Below, piece by piece: positions 23,864 to 35,870 of a DNA stretch of 64,000 nucleotides. The stretch comes from Vicugna vicugna (taxonomy: Eukaryota), in the NCBI GenBank assembly GCA_013265495.1, contig MU057651.1, forward strand, positions 2,520,948 through 2,584,947, read 5' to 3'. The notes beneath the pieces were generated by a model. The model had not been told where the DNA came from. It saw only the letters and a program-made list of their open reading frames with translations, and ran no database searches. Position 1 is the stretch's first letter. Each line of letters begins with the position of its first letter. Both the position numbers and the translations under genes were made by a program.

Positions 23864-24459
23864 GGTGTTAGGAGGTTTCTGGGCAGAGGAGGGCTTGGGA
23901 GTCTGGATGACCCCCACGCCGTGGACATCCACAGCCCTCCCCACGTACTCCCTACACACACGTACACACAGCAGCCCCGCCATCAGTACCCCAACCCACA
24001 CACACCTCTCACAAGGTGCAGAGAGTGGCCAGTTCTTTCTGCTCTTCCTCTCAGGGCAGCCTGCCTTTGAGGGGGTGAGCTCCCCAAAACCGAGGCCTCA
24101 GGTTCTGAAAGCAAGTGACAATTGTCTCACTGCAGTGTGAGGACAGGCCATCGGGCTTGACACGTGAACTCTGATGAGTTTCCAGAGGTGTCCGCTACAC
24201 CTGCGTGAGACCTGATGACCTGTGAGGCACTTGGGGGTTTCTGATCTTGTGCCAGAGCTGTGGGGGGACGGGGCAGGGGACTGTCCCAGCACCAGCACGT
24301 ACGCACATCACACATCCCCCGGCAATCGCCTTTATAAACTAGTTTTTAGCCAAGTCGGAAGCGCATCGTTAAACCATCCCACGTCATTTCCCAATGTTCT
24401 TAGCGGCCGACCAGCCGGAGGGTTTTAAAACACAGAAACAGGCATCGCAAGCAGCAGAC

Positions 24460-27075
24460 GATGGACAACACTGTGTTCGTGTTTATTTCTAATTACAAGA
24501 AACAGAACATCAGTCCCTTATTTGTACAAAAATACCTGAACGTTTACAATTAGGGTCACAAGCCCAGGAGCTGTATGTACAGAAAGCACGTGGAACAAAG
24601 CTTTAGTCTCTGAAATGAACACCTTCCGCGTCCCCTGAAAATGTTCACGCGTCACGGCGACATCGCAGCCTTCGGGGAGCAGGCCCGCCCCGCCCAGGTG
24701 CGCCCTCCGGTCGAACCCGCAGGTAGTAAGTGCAGAAGAAAGAAGACAAAATGTCTAGACTGAGGCACAAGTGTTTCCGAGGTTTAGAAAACAGAAGAAC
24801 GTTCTGGAATGCTAACGCAGAAGGTAACAGACCTCCCCTCTTTCACACTAACACCCAAAGCATTTGGTGTTTTGTTTTATTTTATTTTATTTTATTATTT
24901 TTTTCCCTTGTGGATTCCATCCAGCTTAACTACATGGAGGTTCCATTTAGGGAAGAAAATCGCAGGCAGAGATTAAAAAGTCGGCGGGCTCCGAAACGAC
25001 CCTGAGCTGTCCCGTTTACATTCATGCGACTTAAATACAAAAATAAAAGTCGAATGTCCTTCGGCCCCCGGCCGGCCAGGCTGGACGCCCGCCTCTCGGG
25101 GCTGTGGGAAGGTCACCCTGTCCAGCGGCTCACTGAGGTCAGGAAGGTACAGAGATCACATCCGACCAGCACACACAGAACCGTGCACCCGTCAAGCCTT
25201 TGTTCTCCTTTTTAAATAAAACGGGTTATTTATAAATATGAAATACTGGAGATATTCGCCGTTTAATGTTGGGGTGCGGAGTGACTGTCATCTCACGGGT
25301 GGAGACTTGTCCATGTGAACAGAAATAAAAAATGCTAGAGGTGTTTGTTTGTTTCTTGTTTTTTTTTTTTTTAAGTTTTTACATCCAAAGGGTAAAGAGA
25401 AAAATGTCTAACAGAGGAATGAGAGCGTCAGTCCCTGGAGTGACATTTGAGGGAAGCAGACTGCTGGGTCTGCCCTGAGAATCACCCGACGGTCAACGGC
25501 GGGAAGGATGGACAGGCTTCAAAAACGAAAAACATGTCTTACTAAAAAAACCAAAAGTCTTCATTTCTATAAGCAGACGTCGCATGGAAAACAACTGGAG
25601 TGTGTCCTGTCAACTGAAACACAGCGTCCCTGTATCCCGGACCGCCTACAGCTGGGATGCGCCACCGTGTCCCGGACCACCTGTGCCCCTCGGGCAGCGC
25701 GCTGGCGGGTGGGGTCCAGGAGGTCCACGGGCTGGCGCAATCCGGGGCGGCCAGTCTCGTGTGGTGACTGTGATCTGGGGCCAGGAGAGACTCCTTTCCC
25801 AAGTAGTCTGTGTGCCCTCGCATGCGAAAACTCGGCTCAGAGGACAGGGCGGGGGGACGGGGACAAGCCAAGCCGCCATCTGACCCAGCTCCTGGAGTGG
25901 GAGACGGTGTCATGTTGATAAAACCTGTCAATGGCCACCACCGCCGTGAGGGACTTCTGACCGCGGGCCAGTGGAGGGGCCACCCGCCTCCTCCAGTCTC
26001 TGACGCGTGGAGGTCTCAGTAAGACAGAGGCCGCCAAGCAAAGACCTTTTCAATACAGGGCTGCATCGATCTGCCCTTTCCAGTGTTTGCATCTCTGTCA
26101 CCATGGAAACCCCCCGGAGACCAGAGCGGGTACCACTTCCTTTTAGATCCTTTAATCCCCCGAGGGAGGGAGGACCGCCGTGAAAGGCCGGCACCACCAA
26201 AGAGCAGGTGGGCCAGACGGCCAGCATCCACTGTGGGTGGGCACCAGCTGTGTCTCAAGGAGGCTGTGGCTACAGGTGTGGCCCTGCCATGTCGTGGGAC
26301 AGCGAGTTTTCCAAAGAAAACCAGTGTCCTGCACCACAGAGGACATGCCACATGGACAGCATGAGTTGGGGGGGCAGCCACACAGAACAGGGGTCGACAG
26401 AGCGTGCCGCCTGGCCAGGCACACAGAGCTTGCCAAATGCCTACCACAGGGGACACCTTTTATCTCAAAAAAGCTTTCAAGTATCCGGGGAAGGGCCGGG
26501 AGGCTCTGTTATCTGGGAGCTGAATCCCCTACGGTCACCTGCAGACGGCGGGCACCACCCCCTGCAAACACAGTCGGCCTCCAGGGTCTGCCTGTCCGGA
26601 ACGGCCAGGCTTTGCACTTCGCACGCACTGACACGCTGCCTCCCTCCTGCCGTGAGCCGAATACAATACTGAGAACAAAGGAGTGCAAAAAAGTGATCAA
26701 TACAAAAAAAGTAAACATATCAGTTTTAATCGTCAAGATTATTCCAGGGCAAGAGTTCAGGTCCAATCACTTGTCTCCGTGTCGCGCGCCTCCGAGGCCC
26801 GGCCACGGCGGTCGTTCCAGCTTCTTCTCGAACCTGCGCTCGCTCTCACGCCCTCCCCGGGGAGGCTGGCGCGGAGGGAGGCGACCCGGCCGGGTCTGCA
26901 GCAGCAACTCATCGCCAAGTCCAACCAGCTCGTCCACCGTGGTCGGCCGCCACCGAACGAACAGATCTGGCTCCGAGTCCCCGGAGCGCAGACAGGCGTG
27001 TGTCCGGAACAACGCGCAGACCTCTCCCGTCCAGTGTCAGCTTCCTCCCGCCTTCGGCCAAGAGGAGATCTGAGG
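24460..27075 (-). other. GRB10: GRB10 3'UTR (~2.6 kb)
   Basis: Lies between the stop codon at 27078-27076 and the polyA signal; contains U-rich blocks. Confidence 0.75.
24482..24487 (-). terminator. GRB10: GRB10 distal polyadenylation signal AATAAA (cleavage expected near 24460-24470)
   Basis: Minus strand ...tgttctgtttcttgtaattagaAATAAAcacgaacacagtgttg, with upstream UGUA elements and GU-rich sequence downstream; resembles the recalled human GRB10 3' end. Confidence 0.75.
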
Positions 27076-27222
27076 TCATAAGGCCACTCGGATGCAGTGG
27101 TGTTTCAGCTTGCAAGGCAGCACTCCTCTGTTCAGCTGGTAAAAGTCCACGAGCTGGATCAGGTCGGAGAACCTGGTCTTCCCCTCGTCCAGGCTGAAGA
27201 ACAGCTTCCCGTCCTCCTCGCA
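27076..27222 (-). CDS. GRB10: GRB10 last coding exon, SH2 C-terminus [48 protein letters not shown]
   Basis: Acceptor ccgcag|; stop TGA at 27078-27076; GRB7/10/14-type SH2 C-terminus. Confidence 0.97.
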   Translation of the reverse strand, partial: CEEDGKLFFSLDEGKTRFSDLIQLVDFYQLNRGVLPCKLKHHCIRVAL

Positions 27223-28039
27223 CTGCGGAGACAAGAGCACCCTCCGGGTCAGAGGCCACACTGGGCACCACACGGGCCGGCGGCCGGGGTGCGTGCCGCC
27301 CGCCCATGGGGGGGTTCTCAGGGACACATGTGGGATCTGCCCGCTGAGCTAGGAAACGTCAGGGCGGGAGGCCGGGGAGCCAGGGCTTTGTGCCCGGCGC
27401 GGCCAAGTGACCGAGGGTCCCAGACAGCCGGCTCCCCTGTTCCTGGGGGGAGCGTGGGCAAAAGGGTGTCAAGCTCCTCCCAGCTCACCCCACTCATGAG
27501 GATGAGGCTGACCAGTTAGTCTGTAAGGATCCAGTGGACACAGCCCATCCCATGGAGGAGGGTGAGGCTGACCAGTTAACCATAGTGTCCGGGCACTCGG
27601 CACACCCCGTGGACAAGGACACAGCCCTGGGCCCTCACAGCCGGCCCCCAGGCAACCTCCTTCAGCCGCCCGCCTTCACGTTGCTCCGTTAGGAAGCAAA
27701 CACTGGATAATCATAACGGATTAGTGAGATCGTGTAGGAAAAGCGCCTTGCCCGGGTCCTGGAATATTCGGTCGTGATTTTTATTAAGATGGACGAACTC
27801 TACAGAAACAACCATCTTCCTAACGTCAGTTTTGACGGAACACGTTTTAAGCTCAATGCCCGGAACATGGTGCGAACAGGAAAGCCGCTTTGCGCTGTTC
27901 ACACGGAGGGGGTTAGTTTTGTTTGTTTATATTTAGAAACATACCTACTTCTTTATTTTTAACAGTACGTCATTTTATTTGGCAGCATTGCCTCTCTCCT
28001 TAAAAATTTGTGTATATATTTTTATTTTTCTCCCATTTT

Positions 28040-28495
28040 TCAAATTGAAGTAGAGTTGATTTACAATGTCGTGTTGGTTTCTGGTTTACAGCAAAGTGAT
28101 TCAGTTATACTACAGGTTATTTCAAGCTATGGAACATAGTCCCCTGTGCCACGTAAGAGGACCTTGTTCGCTATCTATGCTGCACATAACGGTTTTTATC
28201 TCCAATCCCAACCTCCCAATTTATCTCTCCCTTCCTCCTTCCTCCCCTGATAACCGTAAGTTCATTTTCTATGTCTGTGAGTGTCTTTCTGCTTTGTAAA
28301 TAAGTTGGTTGGTGTCAAAATACTGGCTTTAGTTCCCTGTGCTGTACAATATATCCTTGTTGTTTGTTTATTTTTGGGGGGGTGCCAATTAGGTTTATTT
28401 ATTCTTTAACTCTTTTTTAAATGGAGGTGCTGGGGGTTGAACCCAGGACCTCATGCATGCTGAGCACATGCTCTACCACTGAGCTGCACCCTCCC
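28040..28495 (-). mobile_element. L1 3' fragment (about 28040-28360) plus adjacent vic-1-like SINE (about 28372-28495)
   Basis: ttgaagtagagttgatttacaatg... is the reverse L1 3' end; tggaggtgctgggggttgaacccaggacctcatgcatgc is the reverse SINE head. Confidence 0.8.
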
Positions 28496-30069
28496 TACAA
28501 GGAGGTTAGCTTTAAATTTGCATCGATTAATAAACTTCTTCACTCCAAAAACACTGTTTGGAGCTGCAAGCACACCCATAGCCTGTTTTTAAGCACAGGG
28601 GCTGCAGTCCTGGTGCTGTATGTCTCAAGTTCCGGTCCCTCTGATCTTTCTAGGATTTGGGGTTATTTGGGAGAACGGTAATGATCTGCTCTGCTGGCCA
28701 GCACCTTCCCCCTTTTATTTCATATTTGAGGCTAAGAGAGTAATGTCTGTGCCAGTACTACCATGCAGTGGGCAAACGAGAAGGGTTGTGCCTCGGAGAA
28801 CAGCTCCCAGGTTGGCATACAGTGTTTGGTGGACCCTGAAACGTCTGGGCTCCAAGTGTGTCCCTTTCTAGCGTGGCCCAGGGCAGGCCCCCCAGAGCGA
28901 TCGGGGCTCAGTTTCCTCATCGACACAGCAATGAGCGGCTGTCCCACAAAACCCCAGCCGGTGCTTCCGCCAGGTCACGGCAGCCAACCCTCCCTTCTCC
29001 CGGCCACGCCTCCCATCACCTGTCACCGGGTGACTCTGCAGACACTTGGTATAAACTCCTGGGCTCAGAAACGCTTGAAAAATGCCAAGTTCCACGATGC
29101 AAAACAGATGCATTCAGTTCCTGCAAGCCTCCTCAGGGCTGAACTGTGCGGAGGGACAGAGGAGCTCTCTGGGAGGGACACACAGGGCCGCCCTCTTGCA
29201 GCAGAATTTCCCTGGGTTTGGCTTCCCAGGAAACATTCCATGAAAGTTTTTACGACCTGTGGAATTTACCGATTCTGTGCCTACATCACCATCGATACCC
29301 TTGACCGACGCCAAACATCCGGGGCCCATCTTGTCCACCTCACCCGCAACGAGACCGTGCGTTCTTGGCGGTTCCTGACGGCCCTCTCCCACGGGACACC
29401 CGAGTCGTGAGCTAGAATCCGAACTTGGGCACACCACGGAGTTGAGCGACACTTGACCAACCTAACAATCATTTGGGAAGACAGTGGTGCCAACTAATGT
29501 GTCCAGTGACGAAGCTTTTGAAACTGTTCAAATATGGAAGATGTTTTCTGATCCATGGACCCCAGGGAAGGAGGAACAAAGGTTCTCTTTCGGGACCACG
29601 GTCACTCTTCCTAAACCCTTTGGGAGGCGCCCTGGTCCCCGCCAGCAGAAATCAGACAATCGCTGAGATTTCAGTGGCCGAGAGTCGGACCTACTGAACA
29701 CACCAGCCTTTCCATAAGCACAGGTGCCCCTGGCGCCAGGCTCCCGGGCAAACAGCTCTGCTCTGTGTCTCCCCAGATCTGACCTCGCTGCTCCCCATCG
29801 GGGCTGCTTCAGCTGCAACCAGGAGCCAGACAGGCCGTGGGTGGACTGCAGCACAACGCCACCGCCTTCTACCTGACTCTCATGGAAACATCGCTCCCGA
29901 TTCCAAACGATTAAAGCCCCCAAGAAACTGCTCCAAGCATCTCACCGGGGAGCCTGAAACTGTCTGACATTTCATGTTCTGGTTAGTTTATAATTTGAAA
30001 ATTGCATTAACAATAAACCCGGAAAAAAAAAAACAGAAGAAGAATGAGTGTGTAAACATCGATACTTAC

Positions 30070-30163
30070 AGGCAAGATCTGGAAATTTTTGATTTTCTGA
30101 TGATGACACAGTGTGAGAACAAATGCCTTTGGATTGCTCTGGCTGTCACGGAGGAGGAAAAGT
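30070..30163 (-). CDS. GRB10: GRB10 exon, 94 nt, SH2 core (G)[31 protein letters not shown]
   Basis: ccgcag| acceptor, |gtaagt donor, phase 2/0; FLLRDS is the SH2 phosphotyrosine-binding motif. Translated by hand; not in the ORF track. Confidence 0.97.
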
Positions 30164-31254
30164 CTGCGGGCGGAAATAATCAGACTGTTAATCTGAAAAA
30201 TCCAGACTTATTAGTGTATACGTCTGCGCACGCACACGCGCACGCACACACAGGAACACGGGCAGGCTCGGGTGGCAGGATTACCCCCACACCCAGACGG
30301 CAGTTTTGGACTGTCACTCTCCACGGAGAGGAACCAGGACGTGGCTGACTCTAAGGCTAAGGCTGGGGAAATACGAGGGGAGGTGATCAAAGAAGAAGGG
30401 CTCAGGCCAAATCTGGCCATCAAAGCAGATGGCGGAAGTGGTGCATTGCAGCCTGAGAACACACTGCTATGATAAATCAATGAGCAGATGCGTAGTAAGG
30501 GCGGAAGCAAAGCTCCTTCCAGGAGCAGAAGGCCAGCTACATCAGTGAGGGAGGAGTGATGGATTCGAGGACCACTCGTCGCAGTTGCCAGAGACGACCG
30601 CTGAGTAAGGGCACCAGCAGTGGATGCCAGAACCAGCATCAGTTTGATGAGAAAGAGAATGCTTATATCGTCTCGAAGCATCCACCCCACCAAGACTTAA
30701 TGAGGATGACCAGGGACGCAGAGTAACCTTCCAGAAGAGAAACCCGGTGGGTACCGCCTTCAGCTCCTCCAGCCAGCACCCCCGGGAGTGAGAGAGCCCA
30801 GCCCAGCACCTCCTGACGGCACCACCTGCCTGAAACGCACCACCTGAACCCAGTTCTGCTGGAGCAGACTGGCCCAAACCCAAGCGCCGTCTGCGCTCAC
30901 TGGACTGAAGCCCGTGCTGGCCCAGGGCGGGGCTGAGGATACACAGGCTGTCTCCTTTGGTCGTAAAGGATGCAGCTAGGACCCTCGGTACAATTTGAGT
31001 GCATACATCGGAGGGCAGGACTGAATTCATGGTGCTGTGGTTCATAAGGGAAGCCCTTCTTTTTTAGAAATTTCATACTTTCATAATAATTAGGATTAAA
31101 GGGGTATCATGCCCCAGTGTACTTCCAGAATGGTTCTGACGCAAGAAGGAATATGATAAAGCAAAGATGTTACAATGATCACAGTGGGGGTACCCGGGTA
31201 CAACGTGCACAGGGGCCCACACCATCATTCTCACACCTATTCCACAATCTGAAA

Positions 31255-31900
31255 TTACATCAAAAGGTCTACAAATAACAAATGCTGGCGAGGATGTGGA
31301 GAAAAGGGAGCCCTCCAACACTGTTGGTGGGAATGTAAATTGGTGCAGCCACTGTGGAGAACAGGATGGAGGTTCCTTATGAAACTAAAGACAGACTTAC
31401 CCTATGATCCAGCAATCCCACTCCTGGACATATATCCAGAGAGAACCTTAACGCAAAAAGACAACTGCACCCCAATGTTCACAGCAGCACTATTTACAAC
31501 AGCCAAGATACAGAAACAACCTAAATGTCCATCGACAGATGACTGGATAAAGAAGCTGTGTTATGTTTATACGATGGAATACTATGCAGCCATGAAAAAG
31601 AACGAAACATTGCTATCTGCAGCAATGTGGATGGACCTAGAGAATATTATGCTTAGTGAAGTAAGTCACACAGAGAAGGACACACTGTATTATGGCACTT
31701 ACATGTAGACTAAAAAATAATAAAAATAAATGTGTATGCAAAACAGAAAATGCTCACAGATACAGAAAATAAGGAATCATACTCATTATCTTGTAATAAC
31801 TGATAATGGACTATAATTTACAAAAAGACTGAGTCACTCTGCTGTACACCCAAAACTAACACAGTATCGCAAATCAACTGTACTTTAATTAAAACACATT
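31255..31900 (+). mobile_element. 5'-truncated LINE-1 (ORF2 C-terminus plus 3'UTR)
   Basis: ORF 31340-31708 reads [26 protein letters not shown]...MFTAALFT.AK..KQPKCPS, typical L1 ORF2. Confidence 0.92.
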
Positions 31901-33858
31901 TAAAAAGTTAGACTAGCACAAAGAAGTGTGAATCACTGCTTTCCCACTAACACATCCGGAATCAGATGGCAAGACAGACACATGCTGGAAAGGAGGAGGA
32001 AAAAATCCCCGAGCCCTAACCCCAGGGACAAAGAAGAAACAGCCTGAAAGGAAACACACTTTAAAGGTTTTAGAAACCCAGCTGCAGGGGTTGGTTTCTA
32101 GGTAGCAATGTTAAGACGGAGAACAATTTTAAAAGATTGGAAAATCCTGGGTTAAAAATGTAAAGATGGTTTTCTTTTGCTGCGGGACTTCTCAGAGCCT
32201 TTAGGATGCTAGACTAGAAGAGAATGAATGCTATTCAACGCTCAGGGCCCCAGTGGGAGAGTTTCCCTCTCTTATCTGACTCTCTCATAGCATCTTTCAT
32301 AGCATTTTGCAGGACATGTGTTCTTCAGAAAACAATTTAGAGACACCAAGCGGAGCAGAACCCCACAGCTCAGCTGGGCAAACGGGAGGGCCAGGGCTAT
32401 GGATCATGGATCTGGGTTTGATGAGGGCGAGAGGGCCAGCTCCTCTCCTGAGCGGGGCTGCACGCCCGCTGCACGTCTGCCCCCCAGAAACCCAGGAGTT
32501 CGCAGGGCTGGGTCTTCCCAGAGGCAAAGCTGGGGCCTTCCCTTCTCATCTGTTTGCTTCTGAGCACCCCAAGAAGCAGGCACCACACGCGGCCTCAGTT
32601 TGGGGTGCAACCTGGGGAATCCTGAGGCTGCCTCAAGGGTTTGGGACATACAGGTGGTGCCTAATGGTTGCCTGTCTGAAATGACCACCCGCTCAGAGGA
32701 GCCGGTGAGGCTAAAAGGGGTGTGCCTTGTCGTCAAGAGAGATTCCCGGATCTCCACTCCCTGGAGACAGGGCTCAGGGAGGATGCACCCCAAGGGGTGC
32801 CAACACTTAGGAAACCAGCACAGAACACAGAAGGGGACGCGCTGAGGACCACGGGATGGGGGGATCCGCTCCTCCACTAGGAACTGAAGTCAGGCACAGG
32901 GGGCTCTCCCGAGTGTGTTTATGGGTCCCTTCATGCAGGAACCCAGAGCTGCTTGCGCCCGGGGCGGCGGAGACCAGAGCCAGGACACAGCCCAGGGTCT
33001 CGCCCAGACGCTGCACACGCGGGCTCGTTTAGGACTGTCCTCATCTGACAGTGAGGGGAGCGGGGCACAGAGAAGTTAGGCGATTCCCCTGAGGTCACAC
33101 AGCCGGCAGAAGAATGAGGACGGGAAGTGGAAAAAGTCAGAAGAAGGAGGAGGAAGACAGAGGAGAAGGAGCAGGGAAGACACTGATAGGATAGGACGCG
33201 GAGGACAGAAACTGCGACACCAAACGCGGAAGCCGGGCAGGGAGCAAATGGTGGCTCGTTACACTCCCCTCTCTCCTGTGCATGGTTAGATTTGCATCCT
33301 AAACCTTTTCGAAGACAAAGAACAGAAGGACCATTCTGAGCCTGGCAGCTTCCAAGGGCCTGCGTTTCCAGCAGAGCCAGGGCGGGGCGCTCTGCCAAGG
33401 AAGTGAACCAGGGCATCTGAGTGACTCATCACGGCCTCCTCTTGGGGTCCAGAGACAGGGCTCAGGCTGAGCTCCGGAGTGGCCACCGCTGCGGACGACT
33501 GTCCCCACCCCACGGGTCAATCACACGTCCATTACCACACCCTTGGGCGCGCCCCTCCCATTCACAGCGATGCTGAGCGTGGCCACACGGGGGTTGCTCT
33601 GACCAACGGGACCTCAGCCCTGAGACGTGCTCGAGCCCTGCGGTGGGACCTCTGGCTCCCGACAGCCTCACGATGGCCCTGATGTGCATGGACCCAGGCT
33701 AGCCTGCTGGAAGCCTGTGCCCGTCACCCTGTATCCACGGCCACAGCCAGACACGTGAGGACAGCCATCCTGCGGCCCAGGTGACAAGAGCCACTCAGCC
33801 AGCCCCAGTGGTACAGCTTTACTGTTTTAAGCCTCTCAGGTTCGGGGTGGCTGGGGTC

Positions 33859-34373
33859 TGTGGATGAAAATGACGGCCAGCTGCATCAGCAAACAAAGGA
33901 CGCAGACCTCAGCCATCAGGCACTCCCGTGGTCCCCAGTGGTGAGCCGGGGCCGGGAGGGGGTGCTCAGGATGCAGACAAATGGGCTGCCTGCTGCCAAG
34001 CCCTCAGCCCCTGCAGCCACCCCCAGCGGTGCCCTAGGCAGACTCAGGATGGGAGAGAACAGGACACTGGCCCTGAGCTCGGGTGCACATCAAAGGAATG
34101 ATTCCAGTGAATCCAGACTCTTGCACCTTCCCATACAGAGAAAAACACTAAGTTCTTTAACTGGAGATATCTGGTTCCCTTTAATTAACAGTCATCTTTT
34201 GATGTTCCGACTACCCGGTCTTTGTTGCAAAAACTCCTACAAATCCTGGCTCCTCCCCTGCCTCTTCGGAACGACCTGAGAGGCTGCCTCCCGGCTTAAG
34301 TCCTTAGAAATGTCTGTGGAATGAAACAGAATGCTCAACTTGTGCTTTTTTTTTTGCTTTTTTTCAGTCGACA
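33859..34373 (+). mobile_element. Probable ERV1-class solo LTR nested in an MLT1 remnant
   Basis: Imperfect inverted termini TGTGGATGAAAA ... TTTTCAGTCGACA; MLT1-like sequence is interrupted (tgttttaagcc..ttcggggtgg before, gcaaaagctaacgata after). Confidence 0.7.
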
Positions 34374-34685
34374 GGCAAAAGCTAACGATAGAGTGGAGGC
34401 AAAAGTACAGCTTTTTTCCCCACTGGCCCACAGCCTTCTTCATGCAAAATAAGTAGTGTGTGCTCATCGCTTCGGACTTCATCAAAGAGGCAGAGGATGG
34501 ATGGAAACGGACCGCAGGGCCTCTCCGCCAGCCACTTCCCAGCTGTGCGGTCCCTGAGCACACACGGCCTGTGTTTAAAATGCGGCTCCAGCCTCTGCCC
34601 ACCAGGGCCGGACGCCCAGGGGAGGCGAGCCGGCCGGACGCCCGGCGCAGCAGGACCGCAGCCCTCGCCCGAGGTGGCGCCTTAC

Positions 34686-34773
34686 CCGTCCACGAGTCCC
34701 TGCTGTTTAATGAGCCTGTGTGACTCCTCCCTGGAGATCCTGCCGTGGAACCAGTGCTGCGTCCTGTGGATCA
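34686..34773 (-). CDS. GRB10: GRB10 exon, 88 nt, [30 protein letters not shown] (SH2 N-terminus)
   Basis: cgacag| acceptor, |gtaagg donor, phase 1/2; WFHG SH2 motif. Confidence 0.97.
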
Positions 34774-34985
34774 CTGTCGGGGGAGAGGAGGGGGACCGGT
34801 CTCAGCCCCTCTGCGGGAGCCACTCCCTGAGAGCCAGGCCAGTTGTACCCGGGGCCCCCCCCCCGATTCCCGCAGCTGCACCTGCGGGTGCTCCGGGCGG
34901 GACCCTTTGCGAAGCCCAGGGAGGGGCGGAAGCATGTCTGATTTCATTTGGGAACCAAAGCATCCGGCCAGCCGGCCGCCTTTAC

Positions 34986-35052
34986 CTGTGCTGAGGGTGG
35001 AGGGGAGGAGGGGGCTCTGGCTACCGAGGGCGCCCAGCCGTGTGCTTCGCTT
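34986..35052 (-). CDS. GRB10: GRB10 exon, 67 nt, KRSTRLGALGSQSPLLPSTLST
   Basis: ttgcag| acceptor, |gtaaag donor, phase 0/1; contains the SQSP mTORC1-site motif. Confidence 0.94.
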
Positions 35053-35202
35053 CTGCAAGAGAAACCGCCACATTAGCGCTCAGATGGCACGACCGCCATG
35101 CCAGCCGGGGCACAGCCTCGCGGGGCCCTGGACTTTGGGGTGACACTCCCATCGGAGCCCGAGGACAAAGAGCTTGTGGGTTGCAGCTGTTAAAAACAGA
35201 AA

Positions 35203-35345
35203 GGGGAAGGGTGTAGCTCAGGGGTAGAGCACATGCTTAGCACGCACGAGGTCCTGAGTTCAATCCCCAGCACCTTCTCTAAAACTAAATACACCTAATT
35301 ACCTCCCCCACCAAAAAAATTTTGAAGAAAATCAAAAAACAAAAA
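35203..35345 (+). mobile_element. tRNA-derived SINE (camelid vic-1-like)
   Basis: ggggaagggtgtagctcaggggtagagcacatgcttagcacgcacgaggtcctgagttcaatccccagc...cctaattacctcccc. Confidence 0.88.
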
Positions 35346-35753
35346 GAGAAGCATCCAGATGTATTTCTGACCACACCAGGATCCCAGCAGAGCCTCGTTT
35401 TTCACACAGGAGACACCCCGATAAATCTTAGGGAAGAAGCACCAGGCAGGTCTGGAAACACTGGTCCAGGGGCCCACGTGCCGGGGGGACGTCCCCCTGT
35501 CCCCGCACACTCTTCAGCCAGAGGATGGGGAAGGCTTTCTGAGCCAGAGCCCGTGTTTTGCACGTGGGTCTTTAAAACTCAGAAAAGCGTGGAAGATGGG
35601 TGAGTCTCAGGAAGTCGAGCCTCAGTGAAGACACTATATGAGGTCAGAAGACGCTGGTGAACGGTCGAGCCAGGATGGGGATGCGGGCTCCGCGGAGCGC
35701 GGTGTGGTGCAGGGCCCCGCAAGCGCGAGGCGTGAGCGGGGCCACGGCCTTAC

Positions 35754-35870
35754 CCTCCAGGCGTGGCCTTCCTCCAGGGCTGCGCTCTGGGCCTCGGCCG
35801 GGTTCTCGATCACTCTCCCCGTCTGCCCCGAAAAATCCATGGCCACGAGGGAGTTCTCCGAGACGCTGCG
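35754..35870 (-). CDS. GRB10: GRB10 exon, 117 nt, BPS domain [39 protein letters not shown]
   Basis: ttccag| acceptor, |gtaagg donor; diagnostic BPS motif LVAMDFSG. Confidence 0.98.

Noticed and set aside
35203..35275. tRNA genes at tRNA-like sequences (also 10728, 14536, 21852, 58339)
   Set aside because: A/B boxes are followed by SINE body, A-rich tail and sometimes TSDs; copies are degenerate and dispersed, so they are SINEs.
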